Positions 11,099 through 20,204 of a stretch of DNA of 64,000 nucleotides are shown piece by piece. The position numbers were made by a program, and so were the translations under genes. How positions within the stretch are numbered: the first letter of the stretch is position 1; each line of letters starts with the position of its first letter. Source of the stretch: SAR86 cluster bacterium (GTDB taxonomy: Bacteria > Pseudomonadota > Gammaproteobacteria > Magnimaribacterales > D2472). The notes beneath the pieces are model-generated. The model was not told where the DNA came from. It searched no databases and worked only from the letters and a program-made list of their open reading frames with translations. Where the stretch lies: positions 1,883 to 65,882 of the forward strand of contig QOPI01000003.1 of the NCBI GenBank assembly GCA_003331645.1, in the 5' to 3' direction.

Positions 11099-11125
11099 AA
11101 TAGTTAAAAATTTATATAAAAAATT

Positions 11126-13237
11126 ATGAGAAACATTATAGTCTACGGTATTTTTTTTGTCCTCTTAAGCTGTTCAAACGATAAGGTAAAAAATACATCT
11201 TTATTGGATTATCCTTCAACAAAAACAATGCCTTATGTTGAAACGATTCATGGAACAGAAATATCTGATCCATATAGATGGCTAGAAGATTTTACTAGCG
11301 AGGATGCAAAAGCATGGGCGACAAAACAAAATGCTTTTACAAAAAATTTTATAACAGAATCTGAAATAAAAACTGCTATTAAAGAAGATCTATCTAAGAT
11401 ATGGGTTAGCGACTCAATCAGTACGCCTTTTAAAAGAAAAGATAAAACTTTTTATTATTTTAATAATGGTAATTGGCAGCAAAGCAAATTAATGATGAAA
11501 GCTTGTGATGATTGTGATGAAGAAGTGCTTATCGACCCTAATCTTTTTTCTGAAGATGGTACTGTCTCATTAGGTAATATAAGCATCAGCCCAAATGCTA
11601 AATTTATTGCATATTCTATTTCAGACGGAGGATCGGACTGGAGAAGCTGGAAAGTTATGGAAATAAACTCTAAGAGACAGCTTGAAGATACTATATTGTG
11701 GTCAAAATTTTCTGGTGCTGTTTGGGAGAATGATAATTCAGGATTCTACTATCAAAAATATGATGAGCCTAAGGGCGAAGCTCTACTTGAAGTTAATGAA
11801 GCTCCTCAGCTTTATTTCCATTCGATTGGAACCAAGCAAGCTGAAGATAAACTCATATATCAAAATCTAGATAAACCCAGATGGGGATTTGGGATTAGTG
11901 TAGTTAAAGATACTTCTTATAAAATACTATCAATCAGCGAGGGAACTGATGAAAGAAATAGGATATATATTAAATTAGATTCAGAAAGTGATTTTGTGCC
12001 TGTAATAGATGAGCTTAAAGGTGCATATAGCTTTATATCTGCTCAAAAAAACACATTGTGGTTTTACACAACTGAAAATGCTCCTAATGGCAAAATCGTT
12101 AAATTAGAAATTAATAAAGACAAAAGCATGTTTTGGTCAGATGTTATCTCAGAAACACAAGACTCTATTAGAAGTGTAAATGTTATAAATAACTCTTTTG
12201 CAGTAATTTATCTTGAAGATACATTTTCATCAGTATCTTTTTTTGATCTTAATGGAACATTTAGCCATAAACTGAAAGGTAATTTTAAAGGTAGTATTGG
12301 TGGTTTTGGTGGAAATATAGAAGATATAGACACATATTTTAGTTTTACGAATTTCACAACACCATCTCAAATATATAAGATAAACTTAATTGAAAATTCA
12401 ACTGAATTATTTTGGGAAGAAAATCTTTCAGATTTTAAAAGTACCGATTACATATCAGAATTAAGATTTTATAAATCTAAAGACGGAACCAGGATACCGC
12501 TTCATGTAAGTTATAAAAAAGACAGTGAATTAAGTTCAAAGACTCCAATATTGTTGTATGGCTATGGAGGCTTCAATATCTCAATATTGCCACGATTTTC
12601 AAAAAGTTATTTGGCATGGATGAATCAAGGTGGAGTTGTTGCCGTAGCAAATCTAAGAGGTGGCGGAGAATACGGAGAGGCATGGCATGCCGATGGAATG
12701 CTTTTTAATAAACAAAATGTATTTGATGATTTTGCTTATGCTGCAAAATACCTACATAGGTCTAAATTAGGCTCTCCTGCAACAACTGCTATTCAAGGAG
12801 GATCAAATGGAGGCTTGTTGGTGGCAGCAACTATGCTACAAAATCCATCACTATTTGCTGCAGCAATTCCTCAGGTCGGCGTTTTAGACATGCTTAGATT
12901 TAATAAATTTACAATTGGATGGGCTTGGGAAAGTGACTACGGATCGCCAGAAAAAATAGATGAGTTTTATAATCTCTTAGCCTATTCCCCATACCATAAT
13001 ATTGAAAATGGAGAATGCTATCCACCCACATTAATTACAACCTCAGAGAGAGATGATCGTGTTGTTCCATCACATTCGTATAAATTTGCAGCAAGGCTCC
13101 AAGCTTCTCAAGGCTGCGAAAAACCTATATTAATTAGGATAGAAGGCAGGGCTGGTCATGGCGCTGGAACTCCTAAGAGTAAAAGAATTGAACAGATATC
13201 TGATGTATTCGGCTTTGCTCTAGCATCAATGAAATAA
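11126..13237 (+). CDS. prolyl oligopeptidase (S9A family), probable lipoprotein
   Basis: 703 aa. Lipobox VLLSC, N-terminal DPYRWLED, beta-propeller region, catalytic GGSNGGLL serine, DDRV and GHG triad elements. Confidence 0.88.
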   Translation: MRNIIVYGIFFVLLSCSNDKVKNTSLLDYPSTKTMPYVETIHGTEISDPYRWLEDFTSEDAKAWATKQNAFTKNFITESEIKTAIKEDLSKIWVSDSISTPFKRKDKTFYYFNNGNWQQSKLMMKACDDCDEEVLIDPNLFSEDGTVSLGNISISPNAKFIAYSISDGGSDWRSWKVMEINSKRQLEDTILWSKFSGAVWENDNSGFYYQKYDEPKGEALLEVNEAPQLYFHSIGTKQAEDKLIYQNLDKPRWGFGISVVKDTSYKILSISEGTDERNRIYIKLDSESDFVPVIDELKGAYSFISAQKNTLWFYTTENAPNGKIVKLEINKDKSMFWSDVISETQDSIRSVNVINNSFAVIYLEDTFSSVSFFDLNGTFSHKLKGNFKGSIGGFGGNIEDIDTYFSFTNFTTPSQIYKINLIENSTELFWEENLSDFKSTDYISELRFYKSKDGTRIPLHVSYKKDSELSSKTPILLYGYGGFNISILPRFSKSYLAWMNQGGVVAVANLRGGGEYGEAWHADGMLFNKQNVFDDFAYAAKYLHRSKLGSPATTAIQGGSNGGLLVAATMLQNPSLFAAAIPQVGVLDMLRFNKFTIGWAWESDYGSPEKIDEFYNLLAYSPYHNIENGECYPPTLITTSERDDRVVPSHSYKFAARLQASQGCEKPILIRIEGRAGHGAGTPKSKRIEQISDVFGFALASMK

Positions 13238-13241
13238 CCTT

Positions 13242-14585
13242 ATGGATACAATTTCTCAAGAGAGCTTAAAAAGTAATAATTCTCATGCAAACATGCGAAA
13301 AGTTGCATTTACTGCTTTGGCAGGAACAAGCATTGAATGGTATGACTTTTTTCTATATGGCGCAGCAGCAGCTCTTGTATTCCCAACAGTTTTCTTTGGT
13401 GAAATGTCTTCATCGAGTGCATTAATTCTTTCTTTATTAACATTTGCTGCTGGTTTTATTGCTAGACCAATTGGAGGAATTATTTTTGGACATTTTGGAG
13501 ATAGAGTTGGCAGAAAGAAAACTCTTGTAATAGCACTAATCCTAATGGGAGTATCTTCAACTTTAATTGGCTTATTGCCAACTTATGCAATGATTGGGGT
13601 TGGCGCACCAATACTTTTAACTATTTTAAGATTTGCACAAGGTCTAGCAATTGGTGGTCAATGGGGCGGCGCAATGTTATTAGTCACAGAAAGTGCTCCA
13701 TCAAATCAAAGAGGCTTCTATGGAGCTTATGCTCAGGCAGGAGCCCCAGTCGGGGTTATCTTAGCTAATTTAGCATTTATTATCACTAGCGCATTAGTTT
13801 CTGATGAAGCTTTTCTTGCATGGGGTTGGCGCATTCCATTCTTAGCAAGTGCAATCTTAATTGCAATAAGTATGTATATTCAGCTTAACTTAGAAGATAC
13901 AAAAGCTTTTAAGGAATTAGAAGCTGCTAGAGAAGTTAATGAGGCTGAAAAAACACAGAATATTATTCAAAAATCTCCAATCATTGAAGCAATAAAAAAA
14001 TATCCAAAAAGAATAATACTTGCAGCAGGTGCTTTTCTTTCAGTGCAAGTAACTTTTTATATATTAATTGCATTTATGCTTGCTTATGGAGTTTCAAGCA
14101 CTGATATGACAAGAGGCGATATTTTATCAGCAATCTTAATTGCTTCTGCTATACAAGTTCCTGTTCAGTTTGTTTTTGCATCTTATTCTGATAGAAATGG
14201 TAGGAAGGGTATCTTCATGCTTGGAGCAGTTCTAACGGCAATGTGGGCTTTTGCAATATTTCCTTTAATAGATACAGGCAATTTTTGGTTAGCTGTATTG
14301 GCAATATCAGGCGGCCTTATTTTTCTTGCAATGATGTATGGTCCTCAAGCAGCTTTCTTTACAGAATTATTTAGTACTGAAGTGAGATATTCAGGAGCAA
14401 CTTTAGGTTATCAATTTGGTGCAATTGCTGGAGGAGCATTTGCTCCATCTATAGCGGCATTCCTTTGGACTGAATATGATATTTTCTGGGTTTCTGTTTA
14501 TATTTCTGTTGCATCTTTATTAACACTGCTTTCAGTAATGTCATTAACCGAAACTTATCAATCAGATCTCAGTGAAACAGATTAA
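13242..14585 (+). CDS. MFS transporter, metabolite:H+ symporter (MHS) type
   Basis: 447 aa with 12 predicted TM helices. GHFGDRVGRKKT loop motif typical of the ProP/KgtP/ShiA family. Confidence 0.75.
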   Translation: MDTISQESLKSNNSHANMRKVAFTALAGTSIEWYDFFLYGAAAALVFPTVFFGEMSSSSALILSLLTFAAGFIARPIGGIIFGHFGDRVGRKKTLVIALILMGVSSTLIGLLPTYAMIGVGAPILLTILRFAQGLAIGGQWGGAMLLVTESAPSNQRGFYGAYAQAGAPVGVILANLAFIITSALVSDEAFLAWGWRIPFLASAILIAISMYIQLNLEDTKAFKELEAAREVNEAEKTQNIIQKSPIIEAIKKYPKRIILAAGAFLSVQVTFYILIAFMLAYGVSSTDMTRGDILSAILIASAIQVPVQFVFASYSDRNGRKGIFMLGAVLTAMWAFAIFPLIDTGNFWLAVLAISGGLIFLAMMYGPQAAFFTELFSTEVRYSGATLGYQFGAIAGGAFAPSIAAFLWTEYDIFWVSVYISVASLLTLLSVMSLTETYQSDLSETD

Positions 14586-14672
14586 ATAAATAAGATTTAA
14601 TTTTAGTGCTTGTGTTCCCGATTATTTTTGAATTATGATCAGGTAAGTTATTTTTTATATAGGGAGAGAATT

Positions 14673-15869
14673 ATGAAAATACTTTGTATTTTGTACGATG
14701 ATCCAAAAACAGGCATGCCCGATCAATATGCTCGTGATGATTTACCTAAACTTGATAAGTATCCAGATGGCATGACTTTACCTTCACCCAGCGCAATTGA
14801 TTTTACTCCTGGTGAATTATTAGGATGTGTGTCAGGTGAATTAGGATTAAGAAAGTTTCTTGAAGACGCTGGGCATACTTTAGTAGTTACTTCAGATAAA
14901 GATGGTGATGGCTGTGAAGCTGATAAAGAATTGGTGGATGCTGATATTGTTATATCACAACCATTCTTTCCATATTACTTAACTCGAGAAAAGATGGAAT
15001 CAGCGCCAAATTTGAAAATGGCAATTACTGCTGGAATTGGATCTGATCATGTTGATTTGCAGGCTGCAATGGACAATAAGGTTGATGTTGTTGAAGTTAC
15101 TTACTGTAATTCTAGATCTGTTGCTGAACATATCGTGATGATGATTCTTTCAATGGTTAGGGATTATCATAATCAACATAGAATTGTAAAAGAAGGTGGA
15201 TGGAACATAGCTGACGCCGTGCAGAGATCATATGATGTTGAAGGCATGCATGTTGGAACTGTAGCTGCAGGAAGAATTGGTATTGATATGCTAAGAAAAA
15301 TGAAGCCTTTTGATGTGCATTTACATTACTTTGATATTCATAAGCTTCCTGATGAAGTTGAGGAAGAATTAAACCTTACTTATCATGATTCTGTAGAGTC
15401 ATTAGTAGCAGTTTGCGATGTGGTTAATATTAGTTGTCCATTACACCCTAAAACTGAACATCTATTTAATGACGAGATGATCAGTAAAATGAAACGGGGC
15501 GCATACATTATCAATACTGCTCGTGGAAAGATTTGTGATAAAGATGCAATTGCTAGAGGCTTAGAATCTGGTCAATTAAGTGGTTATGCTGGGGATGTAT
15601 GGTTTCCACAACCTGCTCCAAATGATCATGTATGGAGAACGATGCCTAACCATGGTATGACTCCTCATACATCAGGAACATCTTTATCCGCTCAAGCAAG
15701 ATATGCAGCTGGCGTTAGAGAAATTCTTGAATGTTTCTTTGATGATAAACCAATAAGAGACCCATACTTGATTGTTCAAAATGGTGATTTAGCTGGCATG
15801 GGCGCTCATTCATACACCAAAGGTACAGCTACCGATGGGTCTGAAGAAGCGGCTGAATATAAGAAATAA
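14673..15869 (+). CDS. fdh: NAD-dependent formate dehydrogenase
   Basis: Colinear along its whole length with Pseudomonas sp. 101 FDH as I recall it (MKILCILYDDP...YARDDLPK...GIGSDHVDL...GTVAAGRIG...GYAGDVWFPQPAP...GSEEAAEYKK). I place the start at ATG 14673, behind the AGGGAGAG Shine-Dalgarno, rather than at the track TTG at 14610. Confidence 0.93.
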   Translation: MKILCILYDDPKTGMPDQYARDDLPKLDKYPDGMTLPSPSAIDFTPGELLGCVSGELGLRKFLEDAGHTLVVTSDKDGDGCEADKELVDADIVISQPFFPYYLTREKMESAPNLKMAITAGIGSDHVDLQAAMDNKVDVVEVTYCNSRSVAEHIVMMILSMVRDYHNQHRIVKEGGWNIADAVQRSYDVEGMHVGTVAAGRIGIDMLRKMKPFDVHLHYFDIHKLPDEVEEELNLTYHDSVESLVAVCDVVNISCPLHPKTEHLFNDEMISKMKRGAYIINTARGKICDKDAIARGLESGQLSGYAGDVWFPQPAPNDHVWRTMPNHGMTPHTSGTSLSAQARYAAGVREILECFFDDKPIRDPYLIVQNGDLAGMGAHSYTKGTATDGSEEAAEYKK

Positions 15870-15892
15870 TATTCTTTAATAAACTAAAAAAT

Positions 15893-15920
15893 AAAGCCTT
15901 TAACAAGGCTTTATTTTTTT
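15893..15920 (+). terminator. intrinsic terminator after fdh
   Basis: aaagcctt-taac-aaggcttt hairpin followed by attttttt. Confidence 0.8.
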
Positions 15921-16025
15921 ACATCAATATAAATCTTTAAAAATAGATTAGGCACTTTTTATCTTAGCAAAAAGAATATATTTACCTAGCAAGTCCTTAG
16001 AAAAAAGAATAATATAAAAATTAAC

Positions 16026-16108
16026 TGCAAAGGGGTGGCTATGTTGGCCTGAGATCTTAATAGGGACCCTTTGAACCTGATCCATACAATAATGGCGGAG
16101 GAATTGCA
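16026..16108 (+). promoter_or_regulatory. TPP (THI-box) riboswitch
   Basis: TGCAAAGGGGTGGCTATGTTGGCCTGAGATCTTAATAGGGACCCTTTGAACCTGATCCATACAATAATGGCGGAGGAATTGCA carries the conserved GGGGUG...CUGAGA...ACCCUUUGAACCUGAUC...AUAAUGG.CG.AGGAA blocks. P1 is UGCAA/UUGCA. Confidence 0.88.
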
Positions 16109-18225
16109 TGAATACCATTAAAAATAGTCTATTTGTTTTTTCATTATTTTTTTCTATTTCTTTAATTGCTTTAGAAACAAAATCTCAAATTGTTGAAGAA
16201 ATTATAGTTAAAGGCAATTGGCGAGATACTTCGATTTTAGAAGAAGACTCAAGTGTTGTTGTTATTGATATAACTACTATTAAATCTCAACCAATAAAAC
16301 ATTTTGAAAATCTTTCATATTTAGTACCTAACCTAAATTTTGCAGCAAGTGATTCTAGAGCAAGACACTTTCAAATAAGAGGTGTTGGAGAGAGATCTGG
16401 TTATGAGAGAACTCCTAATTCAGCTGTAGGTTTTTTAATTGATGATATTGATTATTCTGGTCAAGGTGGAATAGCTACTACTTTTGATATTGATCAGATA
16501 GAAGTTTATAGAGGACCTCAAGGCTCAAGGATAGGTTCTAATGCATTAGCTGGCCTAATTTATATAAAAACTAAAGAACCAACTGATGAATTTGAGGGGA
16601 CAAGTGAAATAACCCTTGGGACTTATGGAGCTGCAAATAGAGGGATTGCTTTTGGAGGTCCAACTAAATTTAACAAAGATATTACTTATAGGCTGGTATT
16701 AAGAAATGATTATTCAGATGGCTTTAGAAAAAATCTATACCTAGATAAATCCGATACCTCAAAAAAAGATGAAAGCACATTTAGATTTAAGTCTAACTGG
16801 AAACTAAGTAATAAAACTTTAATTAAAATTCTTATCACTCAAATTGATATGGATGATCCTGCCGACATATGGACGATTGATGGTAGTTTAAATACTCTTT
16901 CGGATAGACCGGGTATGGATTCACAAAAAACAGATGCTTATGGAATAAAAGTTTTCTATCAATTTAAAGGATTTGAATTCCAGAGTTTAACAAGCATGAC
17001 AGATACTGGTGTAGTTCTTAGTTATGATGCTGATTGGGGCAATACAAACTCTCATGCGCCATATACATATGACTATTTTTCCGAGACATTAAGAAATAGA
17101 GAGACTTTAAGTCACGAATTTAGATTAGTTTCAGATTCTGCTGATTTTAGAGCAAATAATTTCACTGAATGGGTTCTAGGGGTAAGTTATTTTGATATTA
17201 AAGAGTCAAATATAAAGAAAGATGATGGAATTTATGGTGATCCAGCTGATCCTTATGGACCTTATGAAAGTAAATCTTCATCTTTAAGTAATTTTTCATC
17301 AGATAATTATTCATTCTTTGGTAATTTTGATTATTTATTAAATCAAACTACTAAATTTTCTTTAGGACTAAGGTGGGAAGATTACGAGTCAAATTATAAT
17401 GATTCTTTTGAAGAGTCATTTAATCCTTCTAGCAAAATGTCTGGTGGGAAAATATCTATCAATAAAATTTTAAGTAAAGGTTCTAATATTTTTATAAGCG
17501 CTGCAAGAGGTTTTAATCAAGGTGGGTTTAATCTAAATCTTGGACTGACTCCTGATTCTATGAATAGTAATTTATATTACGATCCAGAATTTTTAACTAA
17601 TTATGAAATTGGTTTTAATTCAAAATTATTTAATTCAAAAATGAACTTTGCAGCTGTAGTTTTTTATTCCGACAGAGAAGATCAGCAAGTCTTAATATCT
17701 AAACAAGTCGACCCAACTGATCCAAATACTTTTTCATTCTTAACTCAAAATGCAGCAGAGGGAGTTAATAAAGGTTACGAAATTAATATGGATTTAAAGT
17801 TAAAAGAGTCTGTTAAAATTTATGCTAATCTTGGTTTCCTAAATACAATAATAAAAAACTGGCAATCAAGACCCGATCTTCAAGGAAGAGCACAAGCTCA
17901 TGCTCCAGAAAAAAGTTATGCAATAGGAATGAATTGGTCATTATCAGATAAAGCATATTTATCATTAGATGTTGTTGGAAAAAGTAGCTTTTATTATTCA
18001 GATTCGCATGACAATAAATCAAAGTCATATTCTTTAACAAATATCAATTATCAATATTTTAGTGGTCAATGGACATATACTTTGTGGGCAAGAAATGTTT
18101 TTGATACTTACTATTCAGTGCGAGGTTTTTATTTTGGAAATGAAGCGCCAAATTTTGAAGATACGCTCTATGAAAGACATGGCGATCCAAGGCATATAGG
18201 CATATCAATTAGATATGATTTTTAG
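16108..18225 (+). CDS. TonB-dependent outer membrane receptor (thiamine or thiamine-precursor uptake, inferred from the riboswitch)
   Basis: 705 aa. Signal peptide, plug domain (IEVYRGPQGSRIGSNALAGLIYIKT), beta-barrel, terminal ...SIRYDF aromatic residue. Confidence 0.88.
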   Translation: MNTIKNSLFVFSLFFSISLIALETKSQIVEEIIVKGNWRDTSILEEDSSVVVIDITTIKSQPIKHFENLSYLVPNLNFAASDSRARHFQIRGVGERSGYERTPNSAVGFLIDDIDYSGQGGIATTFDIDQIEVYRGPQGSRIGSNALAGLIYIKTKEPTDEFEGTSEITLGTYGAANRGIAFGGPTKFNKDITYRLVLRNDYSDGFRKNLYLDKSDTSKKDESTFRFKSNWKLSNKTLIKILITQIDMDDPADIWTIDGSLNTLSDRPGMDSQKTDAYGIKVFYQFKGFEFQSLTSMTDTGVVLSYDADWGNTNSHAPYTYDYFSETLRNRETLSHEFRLVSDSADFRANNFTEWVLGVSYFDIKESNIKKDDGIYGDPADPYGPYESKSSSLSNFSSDNYSFFGNFDYLLNQTTKFSLGLRWEDYESNYNDSFEESFNPSSKMSGGKISINKILSKGSNIFISAARGFNQGGFNLNLGLTPDSMNSNLYYDPEFLTNYEIGFNSKLFNSKMNFAAVVFYSDREDQQVLISKQVDPTDPNTFSFLTQNAAEGVNKGYEINMDLKLKESVKIYANLGFLNTIIKNWQSRPDLQGRAQAHAPEKSYAIGMNWSLSDKAYLSLDVVGKSSFYYSDSHDNKSKSYSLTNINYQYFSGQWTYTLWARNVFDTYYSVRGFYFGNEAPNFEDTLYERHGDPRHIGISIRYDF

Positions 18226-18802
18226 TTTATCTAGCGCTGTTTTGATGGAGATATTTGCAGTATTATTTGCAATAATCTATTTATTGCTAGCAGTAAAACA
18301 AGACGTAAGATGCTGGTATGCGGCAATTTTAAGTTCATCTCTATACTTCTTTATAATGCTATCTGCAAAACTATATATGGAGGCATATTTACAAATTTTC
18401 TATATATTAATGGCAGTATATGGTTGGCTCCAATGGAATAAGGTAAATGGAAATAAAACAAAATTTATTGTAAGGACATGGAGCATTAAGCAGCATGTAA
18501 TTGTTATTTCTATGATTCTTATGTTTGCATATATTTCAGGGAGCTTATTAAATATTTATACCAAAGCAGCATTACCATTTATAGACGCATTTACAACATG
18601 GGGCGCAATAGTCGCTACCTATATGGTTGCCAAAAAATTATTAGAAAATTGGATATATTGGTTTGTTATAGACTCCATATCGATATTACTATTTTTATCA
18701 CGAGAGCTATATTTAACATCTATATTATTTTTTGTTTATCTAATAATTATTTATTTTGGTTACAGGTCATGGACAAAAATAAAAAATGAAATGAATGGAT
18801 AA
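18215..18802 (+). CDS. pnuT: PnuC-family transporter (PnuT-type, thiamine-linked by context)
   Basis: 195 aa with 6-7 TM helices. PnuC-like MAVYGWLQWNK motif. 11-nt overlap with the receptor gene. Confidence 0.75.
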   Translation: MIFSLSSAVLMEIFAVLFAIIYLLLAVKQDVRCWYAAILSSSLYFFIMLSAKLYMEAYLQIFYILMAVYGWLQWNKVNGNKTKFIVRTWSIKQHVIVISMILMFAYISGSLLNIYTKAALPFIDAFTTWGAIVATYMVAKKLLENWIYWFVIDSISILLFLSRELYLTSILFFVYLIIIYFGYRSWTKIKNEMNG

Positions 18803-19616
18803 TATACAAAAAAAAATTAATAAAATTTCTGGTGATATCGAATTATATGATGAGATAAAATCTGGACCTATATCAAAAATATATTCATGTAATTTTAATA
18901 ATAGTAATTCAATAATTAGATTTGATTTGCCGCTAGCATCTAAATTGAAATTAGATCGAAAAAAAGAAATTACAATTCTAAAAAAAATTAGTTCTTTAAA
19001 TTTATCGCCACATATACTCTATAAGAATTATCATGAGGGAATTTTAATTTGGGAATATATTCCTGGTGTTGAATTAAGTATCTCTAATAATCAGGATTTT
19101 ATTTTGCAAGATCTAGGGCAAGTATTAAAAAAAATACATCAAATAAAATTACCAAAAAAACTCATAAAAAATTTCAATGAATCAATATTCTCTTACAAGG
19201 AATTACTACATGATTTATTAGAAGAAAAATTAATCAGAAAAGGTTTTGCACTTTATACTGAAATTTATAATGAAGATGATCCATGTGTTTTTAGTCATAA
19301 TGATTTGAATAGAACTAATTTATTATTTAGTAATAAGATATATTTTCTTGATTGGGAATATGCAAGTTTCAATAGTCCATATTTTGATATTGCTTCACTT
19401 ATAGCATCTTTTAATCTTAATAAAGAAGAAACTAATATTTTATTAAAAGGTTATTCGGGAAATTCTTTCACAATAAATCTAGAAAAGCTTAAAAAATGGG
19501 TAATTTTTACATACTATTTAGATTATTTATGGCGAAAATCAATTGTTAAGTTAGATAACTCTTATTATAAAAGTATGAAACTAGACAAAATCGAGCATTT
19601 TTTACTAAATTTATAA
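18795..19616 (+). CDS. thiK: APH/choline-kinase-fold kinase, probable thiamine kinase
   Basis: 273 aa. Catalytic HNDLNRTNLL and DWEYASFNSPYFDIA motifs. Same size and layout as E. coli ThiK. 8-nt overlap with pnuT. Confidence 0.6.
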   Translation: MDNIQKKINKISGDIELYDEIKSGPISKIYSCNFNNSNSIIRFDLPLASKLKLDRKKEITILKKISSLNLSPHILYKNYHEGILIWEYIPGVELSISNNQDFILQDLGQVLKKIHQIKLPKKLIKNFNESIFSYKELLHDLLEEKLIRKGFALYTEIYNEDDPCVFSHNDLNRTNLLFSNKIYFLDWEYASFNSPYFDIASLIASFNLNKEETNILLKGYSGNSFTINLEKLKKWVIFTYYLDYLWRKSIVKLDNSYYKSMKLDKIEHFLLNL

Positions 19617-19624
19617 ATTTTTCG

Positions 19625-20110
19625 TTAATTTAAAAGGAAAAATACAACAATTGCAGTTAATACAAGCACCAAAAGTAAGTTATTATCAAAAATATCAATA
19701 AGGTAGTCCTTTGTAGGCATCTTTATTGATCTTATATATTCCATATCAATATATTCCTCTAATAAACTTATCTTTTCATTAGATTTAATATTGATATTTT
19801 CTTTATTTAGGTTATTTGAAGCCTCTATTTCATTATTTGGCATTTCGATATCCTCATTAGCATTAATTTGATCCTCATTATTTGTACTCATAGCTTCAAT
19901 TGAGTCTAATTCAGCTAGAATTTTATCCCTTTTAGCTCTTGCAATCAAAATATCTGAAGTTTCTAATGATTTTTTTATAAAATCTTTACCAATTAACTTT
20001 GAAACTTTTCTAGAAACTCTTTTTTGAATAAAGTATATATCTTTGTTTTTACCTCTTAAAACTAGATATTTATCGTTATTTGTACTCATATTGTACCCAT
20101 AATATGCCAT
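19625..20110 (-). CDS. tail-anchored protein with a recombinase arm-binding-like N-terminal domain; no catalytic recombinase domain
   Basis: 161 aa. N-terminus KYLVLRGKNKDIYFIQKRVSRKVSKLIGKDFIKKSLETSDILIARAKRD follows the yyfRrrVP..L....gk.ei..SL.T.D...A pattern of P4/ICE-type integrase N-termini. It is followed by an N/E-rich linker and one C-terminal TM helix (LLLVLVLTAIVVFFLL). Confidence 0.45.
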   Translation of the reverse strand: MAYYGYNMSTNNDKYLVLRGKNKDIYFIQKRVSRKVSKLIGKDFIKKSLETSDILIARAKRDKILAELDSIEAMSTNNEDQINANEDIEMPNNEIEASNNLNKENINIKSNEKISLLEEYIDMEYIRSIKMPTKDYLIDIFDNNLLLVLVLTAIVVFFLLN

Positions 20111-20204
20111 AATATTTTATAATTAGCAAATAAATGTACGCATAATTGCCCATAATGTACTCATAATATTAAATTTGTACTCATATTTCTATAATGTACC
20201 CATA
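20081..20204. repeat. array of six direct TGTAC[T/C/G]CATA repeats
   Basis: Copies start at 20081, 20092, 20135, 20156, 20176 and 20195, with spacings of 11, 43, 21, 20 and 19 bp. The first two lie inside codons 3-10 of the ORF at 19625-20110(-). Confidence 0.8.

Noticed and set aside
14610-14672. Track ORF extends the formate dehydrogenase by 21 codons from a TTG (MCSRLFLNYDQVSYFLYRERI).
   Set aside because: Homology to known FDH begins exactly at MKILCILYDDP. ATG 14673 is preceded by AGGGAGAG at ideal spacing. The extension has no homologous content.
18215-18802. PnuC-family gene as the nicotinamide-riboside importer partnering the NadM-like/kinase cassette at 9580-10372.
   Set aside because: It is 8 kb away and sits in an operon under a TPP, not NAD-related, riboswitch. 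It is flanked by a ThiK-like kinase, so a PnuT (thiamine) assignment fits better.
19625-20110. Intact phage/ICE integrase marking a mobile element.
   Set aside because: Only the N-terminal arm-binding-like segment is present. The 161-aa protein has no catalytic core (no R..H..R..Y region), and I see no other phage, conjugation or transposase genes in the window. I therefore report it as a relic or novel protein rather than a mobile element.
20131-20165. Possible dif/Xer recombination site, because TGTACGCATAA resembles the XerC arm GGTGCGCATAA.
   Set aside because: dif needs an inverted XerD arm (TTATGTTAAAT) 6 bp away. Here the partners are direct repeats, and the best nearby XerD-like string (TTATGTTATGA near 20258) has no matching XerC arm at the right spacing.
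20081-20204. Could the repeat array be a small CRISPR or a minisatellite?
   Set aside because: The units are only 10-14 bp with irregular 11-43 bp spacing. There are no cas genes, and two units lie inside a coding region. A protein-binding site array fits better.
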